A stretch of DNA of 64,000 nt from Eledone cirrhosa (taxonomy: Eukaryota): contig OZ024755.1 in assembly GCA_964016885.1 (NCBI GenBank), positions 8,618,001 to 8,682,000 of the forward strand. Reading direction: 5' to 3'. The notes under the pieces were generated by a model, which saw only the letters and a program-made list of their open reading frames with translations, was not told the origin of the DNA and ran no database searches. Positions 27,821-43,137 of the stretch are shown here, one piece after another. Positions within the stretch are counted from its first letter, which is position 1. Each line of letters opens with the position of its first letter. The position numbers and the translations under genes were made by a program.

Positions 27821-30204
27821 TACATATAATTATGTTTGAACGTTATACTGTAGATATCAGTAGCTTAAAACAAAATATTTGTTAGCAAGGGGGCTACTTG
27901 TTGCTCTTTCCATTACTGATACCTTATGTGCGTCTTAGATTGCCATTGTATTTGGTATTAACTATATTATTTCTGCCAATATTTCCTTCTATTCCTTAAT
28001 CATTTGCTTATTTATTATTCACAGATCACCTTTATTCCAATTTGATAGGGTATAATAATTATGAAGAACAGAGATCTTAGATGATCTGATATTTCTGAAA
28101 GTAAATGGGGTTTTAACCTGACCGTAAGCATTTCATTTGATTCTATTTTCTGTTTCTTACTTTCAAACATTTTAACATTGAAGCTAATAGCGGGATAAAC
28201 ACATGTTAATAGAATCCTCTTGTTAAAGGGTGAACAATTTAGCTGGTGATTTAACAACAATTGTTGTTATCAAATAACCATGCGATGAAAGAATAGCAGT
28301 GTGTTAGTCAAGTAGAGGTTACCCAAGATCAGAGAATAGAGTTAATCAGAGAACTGTATATTTTCAACCCTAACAAACTTCAAAGTTTAATAATTACAGA
28401 AGTGATTCTTACAAACGCAAGTATTCGAATAACTCTATTTGAAATCTTGACAAACCTAATTCGATTCTTGTAAGAGGATGGGTGTCCTGTAATCATTCAA
28501 ATAACGGAAAGACATACTAGAAGGACATTACTTTTAAATAAGGTAACCTTCCGTACATTATATAAAGATTGACAAAAGTGCATGTAATGTAGACCATGCC
28601 ATATTAATTTCTACCCAAGAAAATAAATATTTCGTGAAAGCTTTATTTAATCATGAATAATAACCGAAGCTAAAGAACCCGAAACTCTGTCAGCGTCGCA
28701 TGTATTTCGTCGTGACTTTTATGAAAGAACAACGTAATGTTGCCTATAGTTGAACACAGTGCTTTTCCAAAATAAAAAAAAAATAAAAAAGACAATCTAT
28801 ATTATTTAGGCGAATAAAATCCAGAAGATTTTCTAAAGTGCACATGAAATATACTTCATTAGGTAGTATAGAATTTTCCATTTTTAAGATCCACTTACTT
28901 CGCATGATGTTTTATAAAGAGAATCTACACTCATACAAATGTTGGGTTTACTTCCGTTAAGTAAAATGGATCCAAATTCTTCGACTCTAAATGGCTTTTA
29001 AAGAAAATGCCAGATTTAGTTTTATAACTACTGCTATAGCTGTTGTTATCGATAGCAATGGGACTATAGCTTCTACTATTTTGCATACTTCCAAAAAGAC
29101 CATTATTTCGACATAATGGAGGAATTTTAGATGGTTGCTTAATCTGCTAGAAATAGCAGCTGAATCTTCTTCAAATCGTCCCCTATCATATAAGTTAAAG
29201 AAAGAACAAACAGATTATTGTTTTCCTAGAGATAACCGTTCAAAATGATGTCAAAATATGTTATATTTCTGTTTTACCGCTCCTGAATAAATCACTATAG
29301 TCAAGGTGACACACCTGTTGTTATTCGTGCTGACATGCGCCCATTTCTGATGGGAGTTGTTCTATGTTCAAATCCTGCTTGTTGCTCATAACATTATCAA
29401 TATGCTTGATTTGCTCTTAATGGAATATACATTAATTTCAGTATCATTTGTTAGATAGAGTGTAATATTGTTGCTGGGAACAAAGCTGTGGTGTTTATTT
29501 AGGGCGACATAAGCTTCACTATTAATTGTTCAGAGGTTGATTAGATAAAGCTCCAGTCAAGTAGTGAGATCAACACAATCGAGTATAATCTCTTAAATCG
29601 GTAGCCTAGTGCCTTTAATAAGAATCAATGTTTAGTGAGAAAATGTGTTGAACTTTAGAAATCTTAACTCTCATGACAATATACATGCGCTTCATTACAT
29701 TTTCTTTTCAAATCCCGCTAGATCTATTTCACAATATTATCCTATTGGAGTCAACACAATAAATAACGACCAAGTATAAAGGCTAATTTATATAAAAGGT
29801 TTCTTCACCCGAAATGTGTAAAGAGGCTTGTGTGAACTCGATGACTGACCGTACAGATAAATAGATTTCTGTATTCAGTTTTATATGGTGTTTTCCCAAG
29901 TAGAAACTCCTGCGATTTTATCATTCCAATGAGTGGAAAATCAGTAATATTTATGTACTGGCTAGGAGAATAGTTTGTAAGAGTTGTTAACGCCTCACAC
30001 AAAATAGTGGGCGTTGTTTGTTCAGATTTCGTTCGAAATTTCTGTTTAAATTCAGCTGAACCCAACGTTAACTTCACTCATTTAACAATTGATAAATCAA
30101 CCAAGAGTTACATACTTTCATATTACACTACACTACACCGTTCCCCGTCTAAAGCCCCACCTCGATTTGCAACCTCCAAATAATAAGATGGGAGACTTTA
30201 GCAA

Positions 30205-30305
<101 letters not shown>

Positions 30306-30369
30306 TATTTATTTAGTTATATATATATATATATATTTATGTATATATATATATATAAATATTTATTTA

Positions 30370-30509
<140 letters not shown>

Positions 30510-31724
30510 CATATATATATAAACATATATACATACATATACTTACATTACTTTCACTCAGATATAAATCCTTAAAAGGGATGTAACTATATCGCAATTT
30601 TCTTTATTTTCCATATAATCGATTAACCTCGTGAAATAGCAAGAAAATAAGTATTTAGTGTCTCTCAAATCTGTCAGAATTGGTTCGCTTAACTTAAGTA
30701 TTCGTATAACTGAAGTTCGTGGGTGGCAGAGATGATAGCGCTGAAATAATTAAAGTCTGGCGTTTTTAAAGCAGAGTTCATTGAATAAGAGGAAGAAGGA
30801 AATTATGATCTGAAAAGATTACTGTAATAAAGTGAACAGGTTAAATACACTGTATTACCTTTTATAATAACTTTGCTGCTATACTTTGCTATAAAATAAC
30901 TGGGAGAAATGATTAACTGAGTAGAAGTTAATATTATAGAATTACGTAAGGCCGATCAGGATGAGTACCTCCAATCGCAAACACACATACATACACACAC
31001 ATACACACACCCATGCACATACCCCCCCCCCCATATATATATATATATATATATATACGAATATATACATATATATAAATGAAGTATTTCCATAGGAAAG
31101 GTAAAGGAAAAGAGAATGCTCTATGTAGGCTACAGAGCTTTTGAAATAATTATCTTATGCTGTTTATTACATAACACACATATATATATATGCTATATGT
31201 GTGACGAGTATGGATTCAAACATCTAGCCAATTCCTTCTTTAAAGAAATACATTTACTTAAAGTAATTATTACAGGTAAATAAAATTATTTATTATGCTA
31301 GAACCACAGTATCTATCTACCTCAACATAGATTATATTTTAAGTCCTAATTAAATCACAATAGTAATAACCACGTATTGGTTCTAATGGGAGAGCACAAG
31401 AGATGAGTGGAATTATATTACCAGTATAAATATCAACGACAGACAATTTATGTATCTAGACAAAGTCACTAAGGTAGTTTATTACGTTAACGCAATGGTT
31501 AGACGAGGGAAAGATGACGTATGTATTATATATGTCCACTGGGAAAAGACAAAGAATTACTAATGAATAAATAATTAATATATATTTATCGTTGCCACCT
31601 GATGTCTTTATTGGTGACACACACACTCACTCACACACACATACACACACATACACACTCTCACACACACCCACACACTCACACACAAACATATATTCAT
31701 ATATATATATATATATATATGAAA

Positions 31725-31901
31725 TAGGAAAAGAGTCGGGTCCCTTTGACAGCTATTTCTATTCGAGAAATAGCTGTCGAAACGGCTTGAGCTCTGCCGC
31801 GGGGTCCTGACTATTTTCCTATTAACCACTCTACTACCCAAAGTATCGAGTACTCTGGTGCGTTATGATCCACCTGGTTCCTTACCACACCTCCTTCGTT
31901 A
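31725..31901 (+). mobile_element. Family A fold-back short element
   Basis: taggaaaagagtc..gactattttccta hairpin (left arm partly deleted) plus family body ending ccttcgtta-(TA)n. Confidence 0.88.
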
Positions 31902-32380
31902 TATATATATATAAAGAATTGGGACTCGACAGATGAGCACTTGCCGATTCAACAGATAGTTCCAGACACTTTATAAAATAACTTCACTCTACTACCCCAA
32001 CTGTCGAGTACCCCGTTAAGTAATGGTCTAACCCAGACATGTCAAATTGAGAATCACCCTGAGGGTCACATATGTGTTGTCTAAGGGCCGCACACGATAA
32101 CTAATTGTGCGCATTGCAATTAATTAAAGTAATTTAATAAATGTTATTGCAGAAAAATTTGTTACTGAAATTTGGGAAACATACAATGTACATATAAATG
32201 TTTTAGCAGCATTCATAAATACAAAGTAATGAAGTGGTTTGAAAAAATACTAAAATGTTAAATGGCAACAGATACTTGCAACTTGCAACAGCAACAAATA
32301 CATGCCGCGTCTAGATAGATGAGAAGCAAAACGAGGATGTAGTTTATGGGACACCTAAATGATTTAGAATTCGACCTTAA

Positions 32381-32702
32381 GTAGGAACAATCACATTGAA
32401 CATTTTGAAAGTAGGTTTATAAGTATGAATGTGTCTCAGTAGCCTAGCAGTAGGTACTGGAGACGGTGGAGATCCTGGTATTAGGTTCAATCCTTGTCAA
32501 GATACGTGTAAACATTTTCAGTTTTTATTTTACATCCCATAGAAAAAAACTGAAAAGGTTTATCGGGAACCCTTCTTCCGACTATGATCACCACCATCTA
32601 TGATTCTTCCAAATAGGCCGCAGGGACAGCTACAAAAAGCTACTGAAAATTCATACCTATAAACCTACTTTCAAAATCAAAGTTGTCAATCATTGTGTAC
32701 CC
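32381..32702. mobile_element. Palindromic MITE flanked by TTAA (Kolobok/piggyBac-type target)
   Basis: ttttgaaagtaggtttataagtatgaat..cagtagc pairs with gctactg..attcatacctataaacctactttcaaaa; further inner inverted blocks; TTAA at 32377-32380 and 32703-32706. Confidence 0.7.
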
Positions 32703-35176
32703 TTAAAGGCGTGATTTTTGAGTCGCACTCTTAAGAACACATCTCTTTATTTATAATAGTTTTCATTTCTTCACTCACATATTTATTGAAAATACAGCTG
32801 ATTGCTCATGCTTTCCATTGACTCTAACTAACACATATATACTTACCTTCTCGGTAGAATTTATCGATTTTGTCATCTCCCGTCCTAGTGTCTCTTCCCC
32901 ATTCGAACTATTACTCATGTTTTCATTCTATTGCTCATTCATTCTATCTTAATCACATATATTTTCCGGTATTTATTCAATCTGTCATTCGATTATTCTG
33001 TTCATTTAAGCGTATTTTTTAATTTTATTGTTTAATCCGCTCATTGGTTCAACAAATAAATTACACGTTCATCTTCTCAAGGAATAAAATGACAGTAAAA
33101 CTGTCAATTCGTACCCGGATCTAAATGTAACAACCTATCACATTAATCCATCTTCACCATAAAACTATCTGGCTTCAATCAAACACATGATTATTTAAAA
33201 ACCAGCCGATATTATTGATTCATCGATCCATAATTTGTAATTCTTTTATTTGTATGCGCAAAAAACTTCGTTATCCGGTTTGATTTGATACACAATAATT
33301 AGAGGCCTTTAATAATTATTTGGCGGCTGTTTTCTTTAATGAATGACGTAAAGAGAATTAACAAACATGTTATTGTAACAACGCGTAGCAGAGTTGCATT
33401 AGAAGGATTTTTTTCTTTGTGCTTCAAGTTCGAGATTGAACGCATTAACTGTTGAATGTATCCTACATTCAATATTTGTGCACTATATCACAAAGGACAT
33501 TTTAAATCGTTACTTTTACGATCGAAGAAAGGTAATCGGGTGTAGTTGGAAAATTATGCCAATATTGCCTCATAACACCTGGAAGACAAAAATGTAAGTT
33601 TAACCCTTTCTTTCCAAAATTTTACATCAATTACACCATACAATAAATAACGTTGTTGACTTTTAAGGACATTTAAGGCAAGCTAAAACACTCATGGCCG
33701 GATCGTAGTTGACAACACAAGTCAATAGAGAGTATAAAAATGAAAACAAAAATATTAGCCCTTTCGTTACCATATCTTGTAATGAAAAACACTGACTCTG
33801 GTTTTCTCATCTTTTTGTATACATTCAGGCATTTGTAGAGAATAAGTAATAATATTAATTTTCTTATTAACAAGCTGTTAGACGTGGTGGAAGGTGTTTA
33901 GATAAATATATACTCTTTAAAACAAGACGTTTTGTATTATAGAGCCACAAATAGGCTAGTAACAAGGTATAATATATATATTGGTGTCATAAGTATATCA
34001 TAATTGTAGATAATTGATTCGATATCCTATGTAGTGACTTTAATCATGCTTAAGTGTGACATGAAAGTGATTTGTTTGCCGAGTCCAAACAATTAGATCT
34101 ACCAAGACGCTACTTGGCTGTAGTAGTTGGCATGGCAAATTTCATGATATATCAGGCATATAAATACAGATACAACAAATTATGCTTTATATTTCATGAA
34201 TAACCGTTATATTTTTCAATGGTCATATTTCAGTAAGCTATCTAAAAATAGGGAGAAGATGGTGATCATCGGACAGAACGACGAAAGCAATGCTTCCTTT
34301 GCTCTTTCTATTGCTGGATTTATCTGTCAATGACAACTTCTAACAGAAGCGTCACTCCCTTTCCGATGACAATCGCCGGGACCTCAGTTCAACATAAAAG
34401 CTGGAACAGATACTACAAGGTGTCATGCCCGATTCTTTAATAATTCTGACAATCCATCACAGTTGCCAGTTTAGTAATATATTTCTCGACTCAAAATGAT
34501 GAAAGGGTACATTGACCTCGGGAATATGTGAACTCATTTGAATATATACCGTAACATTTAACCCGGTGCGCAAAATATTCTGCCAAATTACCGCCACGGA
34601 ATCTCTCGAAATCAACGTGTATGTTGTACTTTCCTTTGGTCGCAATATTCAGTTTCGTATTTGCCAGTTTATTAGCGAAAAATTGATTAGAAAATGAAAT
34701 TAATATCTAGTTGTAAAAGGAGAGTGATATGTGGAAATCGGTTAGAAAGATAAATAAATCGTGAATTTATATATAAAAAATAAATTGGAATAGCTAATGA
34801 AAGATCAAACGAACAGGTGATTAATTGGATGAGCTGAAATCACACATACACACACATACACACATATATAAATATATGTATAATCTGTTTGTGTGAAGTG
34901 GCTGGTGATATTGACTTTTCCGTTGAATATATGTTAGTGGGTTAATAAGAGAGTGGTGACATAAATCTGTGAGTATGCTAGAGAGAGAGTACACGCTGCA
35001 GAACATCATGTGCGTGGATACGTGTTTGCAACTGCTAGTTTGCAACGCGCGTTGTGTATATATATATATATATATGTAAACAAATCCATGCAAACAGCTG
35101 CATATATGTATATATGTATATATGTATATGTATATATATATATGTGTGTGTGTGTAAACTCATGCATACAAACAGC

Positions 35177-35216
<40 letters not shown>

Positions 35217-35524
35217 AATATGTATTTAAACGCACACATATACATATATATATATATATATTCTTGAAAATAATTGGATTTCTATGGCGCTAAAAGGAAG
35301 GTCATACGCTTCCGTTTAAAACTATCGATTACAAACAAATCGATGCGAATGTATGAGCACACACAATCATATACAATCATAAAGAGATAACTATAGAAAT
35401 TCACAATCACACAAATCGATGTGTTCTGCGCCATCTAGACTTCCTCAAAAAATCTCTATCACTCTCGTTTCTCCAGACATTGTCATTTCGTTTTACACTG
35501 TATCATCACGATATCTAATGATGT

Positions 35525-35569
<45 letters not shown>

Positions 35570-36144
35570 AATGTATGTGTGTGTGTGTGTAACAATCACA
35601 TACAAGCGCACACACGTAACAATATATACATCACAATATAATAAAATATTAAATATATAAATGATGTACAAACTATATATTTATTATTATATTATACTGT
35701 CATGTATATATTTTATGTGTATATGTGATTGTTATGATTGTACATTATTTTCTGCAAATATATAAATATAAATATACCCCCACACACACATATATACGTT
35801 TGGGAATATATATGTATATATACATTTCAGGATGCTACTCGTTGAGGTTTTCTGTATACTGTATACGATTGCCCCATATATGCAATATATTAGAGTTGAT
35901 CTTCGTTCATCTGAGAATTTCCAAACAATCATTGAACAAAACCGGGTTTAGTGAATTTTAAAATCTAACCAGATCAGTCATGGTAGATCATTTTATGAAG
36001 GACTCTTTATCAAAATTTGCTAGATATTGACAATAAAAAGTAGAGTCGACTGGTCGTTAACTCCCACTGATGTAAAGAACAGAAACTTTATTACCATCAA
36101 TAAACTTTTCTGTGAACTATATTCTGCGCAGAGGACGAGACTGG

Positions 36145-36192
<48 letters not shown>

Positions 36193-36321
36193 TAAATATA
36201 TATATATATAATATATATATATATATAATTGGTGGTAGATGCTTAAAGCGTCCGTGTGAGGTAGGCCGTATGATCACCGATAAATTCCATTCGTCACAAC
36301 ACTGATTCTCTTTTTTTCTGT

Positions 36322-36392
<71 letters not shown>

Positions 36393-37241
36393 CCAGAGGA
36401 AGACCAGATCTTTCGGCTGAGTTAAAACGAAAATATAAAACTGTATTTGAATTCGCAGAGAGGATTTGAATGTATAGTCAACCCAGAACGATTGATATCC
36501 CATATAACCTCATTTGATGGATCTAACGTTGAATAAACACAATATTGAACAATCAATAATCAATTTCTCATATATCATAATACAACATCGACCAGTATGT
36601 GCTACTTTTTATTTCGTTCACATGATGTATGTAATTACTGTGTGCGATGGGAACTATCTGACTTGTTTATTTTTTTATGTATATCAAAGTGTGTGAACAT
36701 ATACAATGTTCTATCCCTTAATATTTTATAGATTGTATGTGAGAGTGTGTTTGTCGTTGTTACTTACCAACCGATAGAAATGGGAGGGAATTTCCAATAA
36801 TCATTGCCATTTCAAGTCTATACATTGTTATAAACTCATCTTCTAATCAATATATCATCGCACTTTCTTCTTTTGATGGATCCTCTATATTATGTTCAGC
36901 TTTATTAACTATTCTCTCTTGCCATTATCTCTCTTTGCATCTTTGCATTCCTCTCCTGCCTGTCTATCTTCCTCTCTCTCTCTTTCTCTCTCTCGCTCTA
37001 TATATATATATATATCAAAGCCCCCCCCCCCCTCACACACACACACTCTGTATATATATGTATTTTTATTAGAATAACAGATTTATCCTTATCGAGCCTT
37101 CTTTGGATTTTACTCTTCAAATATATTATTATTACTATAAATATAAATATGTATCAGCCGTACTAAGAGAGAGAAATGAAATTTCGTTTCATTCTTTTCC
37201 ATATATATATATATTTATATATATACATATATGTGTGTATT

Positions 37242-37297
<56 letters not shown>

Positions 37298-37340
37298 TAT
37301 ATATATAGAGAGAGATATATAAATATATTTATATATATAG

Positions 37341-37392
37341 TGAAATTAGTTCAGTTCCATTCTTTATACATTAGTTGTAATATATATATATA

Positions 37393-37491
<99 letters not shown>

Positions 37492-37516
37492 TTATTTATT
37501 TATTCCTAGGAGATGA

Positions 37517-37553
<37 letters not shown>

Positions 37554-37640
37554 ATTTCATCTCCTATAAATAAATATATATATATATTCATGTATGTATA
37601 TTAGAGGCAATGCATAAAGAATGAAACTGAACTAATTTCA
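37341..37640. repeat. Imperfect palindrome centred on a TA tract
   Basis: Outer arms tgaaattagttcagttccattctttat / ataaagaatgaaactgaactaatttca; inner arms taggagatgaaa / tttcatctccta. Confidence 0.85.
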
Positions 37641-38055
37641 AAGCAGTTTCTTCTTCCCAATTATTAGAAAAAAAGAATTCCCAACCCTGGTTATCTATTT
37701 CATTTATGAATATATGTCACAAGGTATAGTAGTAGGTAGAAGCACATAAAGATTGAATGTATTAGTTTATACAGAAAGTGATATCACTGAACTGACAGCC
37801 TGAACTACGAAAATTAAACTGAGATGAATGGATCTCGAGTAGACAGCATAAAAAATAGAACATATTTGCTCCAAGATACCATGTAACACACACATGCTTA
37901 TGCACATATAGAATGAATTCGTGTATTTTCTTCCTAATGTGTTAAATGTATGTATGTATCTATCTATCTATCTGTCTGTCAAATTATCACTCAAACACTT
38001 TCTATCCCTCTCCTTTTCTCACTCTCACTTTGCAATAATCTCAGCTAAAACAATT

Positions 38056-38164
38056 AATTGTTTCTACTTTTGGCACAAGCCAGCAAATACCCAGTGCATT
38101 GCTGGTACTTTATTTTCTCGACCCCGTAAGGATGAAAGGCAAAGTTAACCTCGGTGGGATTTGA
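38056..38164 (-). mobile_element. 5'-truncated SINE (short subfamily)
   Basis: Nearly the same extent and sequence as 12384-12487. Confidence 0.88.
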
Positions 38165-39104
38165 CGGTTGAAACTGAATCTGTGTGTCAGTTTTGTTTCA
38201 TGTTCATCGCCCACCTAAATTTATAGTCTACAATGCAAAGTATTTGTTAACTCGGCTCCTGTTTTCTCACTAAATCCATACACACATGAACATACTGAAA
38301 TATATATATATGTATATATATTTCCGTTAACCATGCTCTTCTTTCTCCTCGCAAACATTGGTCAAATATCGAATATGTTAGTACATAAGGACCTGAAACT
38401 CCCGAATGATATAAAAATGTTGTTAGTCTTTTTAAAGCAAGATGGAGCGTGTGTTTGTGTGAGAGTAAGAGAGTGTCTGTATGTTTGTGAGAGAGTGAAA
38501 GGGGTAGATTGAAAAAGAGATACAGAAGAAGAATCGACCTCAGTAATGGACTGATACATTTTTATCGACCATGAAAGGATGAAAAGCAAACCTTTCCGCA
38601 GTGGGATTTGAATCCACAGCACAGAGAATCAGAAAGGAAACCGCAAACATTTTAACGTCTCCAATAATTCACTGCATATTGTACAGGTTACTCAAAACTG
38701 CGTGGGGCGATGCAATAATCTCCACGATACTGCTGTCAGTAGTTAAACATTATGAAACCATATTTTATCGCCGCGGCTGTCTAGACATGCATTTCAAGGA
38801 AGCTGTCAACATGTCCATATATACTCCTATGTCAATAATATTCAAATCTATTATTAACATCCTCGTAATGTTTCTTATTCTGCAGTATAAAATAGAATAA
38901 AAAATCGGTAATGCGCAATTTTCGCAAGCTAACCCAAACATATATATACTCACATACATACATATACATACATACAGAGAAAGCGGTGTGTTTTTTTTTA
39001 TATTTAACCATAAATATAAAACACACACCTTAAATGACACACAAGCCTTAAAACACACAAGCCTTAAATGATGAAGTAAATCATATATATATATATATGT
39101 ATAC

Positions 39105-39141
<37 letters not shown>

Positions 39142-39144
<3 letters not shown>

Positions 39145-39322
39145 CGAAGGAAATGTGGTAAGGAACCAGGTGGACCATAACGCACCAAAGTACTCAATAC
39201 TTAGGGTAGTAGAGTGGGTAATAGGAACAAGTAAGACCCCGACGGCTGAGCTCAAGCCGTTTCGACGGCTAATTCTGCCGTCGAAACGGCTTGAGCTCAG
39301 CCGTCGGGGTCTTACTTGTTCC

Positions 39323-39324
<2 letters not shown>
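39142..39324 (-). mobile_element. Family A fold-back short element, perfect hairpin
   Basis: 48-bp perfect arms (39222-39269 and 39277-39324) around loop TAATTCT; TA on both sides. Confidence 0.93.
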
Positions 39325-39354
<30 letters not shown>

Positions 39355-39358
39355 TACG

Positions 39359-39642
<284 letters not shown>

Positions 39643-39963
39643 TCTCTCTCTCTCTCTCAATAATGTAATGAGAGGTCGATCCCCTGTGGTGCATTTCATC
39701 CTTGAAGAAGAGATTTCTCTTCATGTTACATCAGTCTACTTAGCTGCATAAAATTAATCGTACCCGACGTTCTAAAGACCAGCCAGCCTTATCACAAACC
39801 CTGTAACGCTAAATCTCCCTAATAACTATGTTAAGGATAGACATATCTAACAACTGATCAGCCACTTTCTCATTACTTTGATGAACTGGATGTTCTGTAG
39901 TTCCAATGGCCTGGAGTACACATCAACTCAAACGACGAACGTACAAAACTTGTAAGGTCTGCT

Positions 39964-40095
39964 TGTATGTATGTTATATATGTTATGTATGTACGTATGT
40001 ATGTACGTATGTATTTACGTATGTATGTATGTACGTATGTATGTACGTATGTATGTACGTATGTATGTACGTATGTATGTACGTATGTATGTACG
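39964..40095. repeat. 12-bp minisatellite (GTACGTATGTAT)n
   Basis: Derived from (GTAT)n with a periodic C. Confidence 0.9.
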
Positions 40096-40435
40096 AACGT
40101 ATATATTTATGCATGTATGGGTGTATGTATATATGTGTATCGATCTATATACATATATATATGTGCTGGTATGCTTGTATGAATATATACATGTATGCCT
40201 GAGTGTAAATATATATGTATGTAAATATATATGTTGCTAGATTGAGACCTCTTTATAGATCATTAGAAGGGTATTTTTTAATTAATTTTCTAATTACAAC
40301 TCAGGAGGATTAATATAATTAGCTAGAATTACAAATTCTCAATCTGAAAGTAATTTGTATTTCGTTTGCCGACCTCGCATCCAATATGCATACAATCTGA
40401 ATATACTTGTGCGATCACTATAGCAGCACACATTA

Positions 40436-40503
<68 letters not shown>

Positions 40504-40804
40504 TGTGTCTATCCGTGTCTGTATGTGTCCGTATATATTATCATTATTGGATAGAATGTTCGACGGTCAAGCTTAATTAATCTATATAACATCCCTTCTT
40601 TAGCAAAATCGATAATTTGTTGTTTAGATTTAGTGCCATTAGCTTATAACCCGATAATAAAATCTAACATAGAGCTACAGATTGAAGAAATAAATCCCCA
40701 CAGAGAAAAATAAAGAAGGGATGTGAGACTGGGTTACATGAAGAGGGATTAAGTTTGGTGCGTATAAGAGCTAATTCTATGTCCTAGTTTTTTAAAGAAA
40801 GCGT

Positions 40805-41091
40805 GAGAACAGTTCTATGGCCTGTGACTTCTTTGAAGTAAGATTTGGCATTTGTGTAGTTGATCCTTATATGTGCATGGAGTTGAATGGTGTAGAGTGG
40901 ACAGGGATATTTATAGTCGAACCCGGGATAGATAAACAGGGTGTCAAATGCAGAGGTTTTAGTATATTAATTTGTGGTAAGTGTGTACATCATGAGATGT
41001 AACAATTGGGACAATATAATGGTTAGTATAGACCATGTTGGGTGTATACCCACCATTTCTTTCTCAATCATAAATTTCCGTGTTCAATCCC
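40805..41091. repeat. Dispersed ~290 bp direct repeat, copy 1 (possible LINE remnant)
   Basis: Aligns along its length to 42773-43063. Confidence 0.85.
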
Positions 41092-41582
41092 ACCTCTTTG
41101 CATTTGCGATCAGTTCCAAATCTGCTGAGTAAAATTAGTAAAAGGAAAATATTTGGAAGCCCCTCACATAGACTGTGCCTATAATTCAATGGAGCAGACT
41201 AGTCATATATCATGACAAACTGAATCTCCTTCTCAATTCAGTTACGAGTACAGGTCTCTGGGGAAAGCAGTGTGCCTAAATTAAAAAATTAAAAGCTGTT
41301 ATTATTATTATTTGTGTTACCTTTGTTACTATACTTTTAGTTGTGGTTACCATTATTGCTGTCGCTGTGTTTTCCTGTAGACGCTCACGACTACCTGCGA
41401 TCTACTTTTAAAAGTTATGTTTAATATGTGGGAAGAGGTTCGTTCTATCAGCAAAGAACTTCGGAGTACTTGAACACCCATCACTAAATTATTGGGTAAA
41501 AAGAAAACGTTATTCAAAACATGATATTTTTTTCTTTTATTAAATGTATATATTTCTGCCATCAGCCGTTTGAAATGCTCAC

Positions 41583-41644
41583 CTGCGTCGTTTCAGATGT
41601 ATCAGGAAGTGGTGATTGTCTCAGACCTGATAGCAATAGCCTCA
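41583..41644 (-). CDS. Candidate small exon of a minus-strand gene
   Basis: Acceptor gtcgtttattgtttatag, donor CAG|GTGAGC; one open phase (x)RLLLSGLRQSPLPDTSETTQ. Confidence 0.3.
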
Positions 41645-42772
41645 CTATAAACAATAAACGACAACAATAAACGCCAATGAATTATTTTCTAACATGAAAA
41701 CAGATTTTTAAAAGATCTCAGACAATGTGGAAATTAGACAAGCAGGAAAAGCTTGAAGCATAAACACTTACAGTTGTTCAATGGAGACACTCACACAACC
41801 AAACAAAAAGGCAATCAATAAATAATAAATAAATAAATAAATAAATAACAATTGTTTTGAAAACAATATACGAACTGCAAATACACCAACAACTACAGAA
41901 AAATATATCTTGCAAATAATGTTATAAGATATAATGCTGAATGGAAAAATACGTATTTATGGGACGAGACATGTGAAGAAAAAGGCGCACCAATAGAAAG
42001 AAGTAGGATGAATGATTAGTTGGAGCTTGAGTAAAGTTTGATATTCTTAGGAGCAAAATTGAAGGATCTAGTTTGCAGAAGGGTGTCAGAACATGAGTGG
42101 TTCAGTATATACCGGTACCATGATTGTGTTGTTTCTCTTTAGCCCAGAGTCAGCTTTCAAGCGTTAGTATAGTATCTTTTATATATATCATAGATGGAAT
42201 TTCTCCATGAGTCCTCCTATATTTAAGACGGTAGAATAATCCTTCAGAGAATCTGTTGCTTTTCTATTAGTTCAATCGAACGTGTAAGGGTCCTCTAATA
42301 ACGTGTAAGGGCTTAATAATAATTGTTAGGTGTCTTAAATTCATATGCACATATTTTAGTTTGACATTGTCTGTATTCTTATAGCAGGTTAAGCTAACAT
42401 TTGTTTGAAAATGTGTAAATATTCTCACAAAAACATTATTAACATTATCTGATTTTCTTTCCTCATTCGTTTTTCACCCACTTATTGTGTATACCTACTT
42501 TATCACAATAATAATTCTCCTTATCGGGAATCTTTGTAAACACCTCAACAACATTTCTTTGAGAGCAATTTTTCATATTTCATATTTCTGCACATGCATG
42601 AATTTCTAATTCATGTTTCCACATGGTAATTTCACTGATTTCCACCTACTAAAGTATTGAAGAGTTCTATGCCTGTTCTTATGCTGTGATTACAACGTCT
42701 GAAATATATGTACACGAATAATACACATTGTTTAAAAAGGCTTTTCCTGAAATTTTTTCATGTTTCATCTTC

Positions 42773-43063
42773 GAGAACAGTTTTATGGCCTGTGACTTTA
42801 TTGCTTTGAAGAAAGATCGGCATTTTCGTAGTTGATCCTTATATGTGCATGGAGTTGAACGGTGTGGAGTGGACAGGGATATTTATAGTCGAACCCAGGA
42901 TAGATAAAAAGGGGTGCCGAATGCAGAGGTTTTAGTATATTAATTTGTGGTGATTGTGTAACATGAGATGTAACAATTGGCATAATATAATGGTTGGTAT
43001 AGATCATGTTTGGAGTATTCCCACCATTTGTTTCTCAATCATAAATTCCCGTCTTCGATCCCA
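42773..43063. repeat. Dispersed ~290 bp direct repeat, copy 2
   Basis: Aligns to 40805-41091. Confidence 0.85.
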
Positions 43064-43137
43064 CGATTACCCTGATTTTTACCCTGATATTTTCCCTCGT
43101 ATTATAATTGGTAGAGCACCGGAAAAAAATAGCTGGC

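Noticed and set aside
28049-28123. Exon-like segment GIIIMKNRDLR*SDISESKWGFNLT with GTAAGC donor
   Set aside because: In-frame stop and no supported neighbouring exons.
31921-31968. Hammerhead upstream of the family D motif
   Set aside because: Core reads CAGATGA and there is no GAAA; too degenerate to call.
39222-39324. Family A hairpin as a complete hammerhead, terminator or pre-miRNA
   Set aside because: GAAAC is present but there is no CTGANGA core and the stem III candidate ACGGCT does not pair; multi-copy repeat in eukaryotic DNA.
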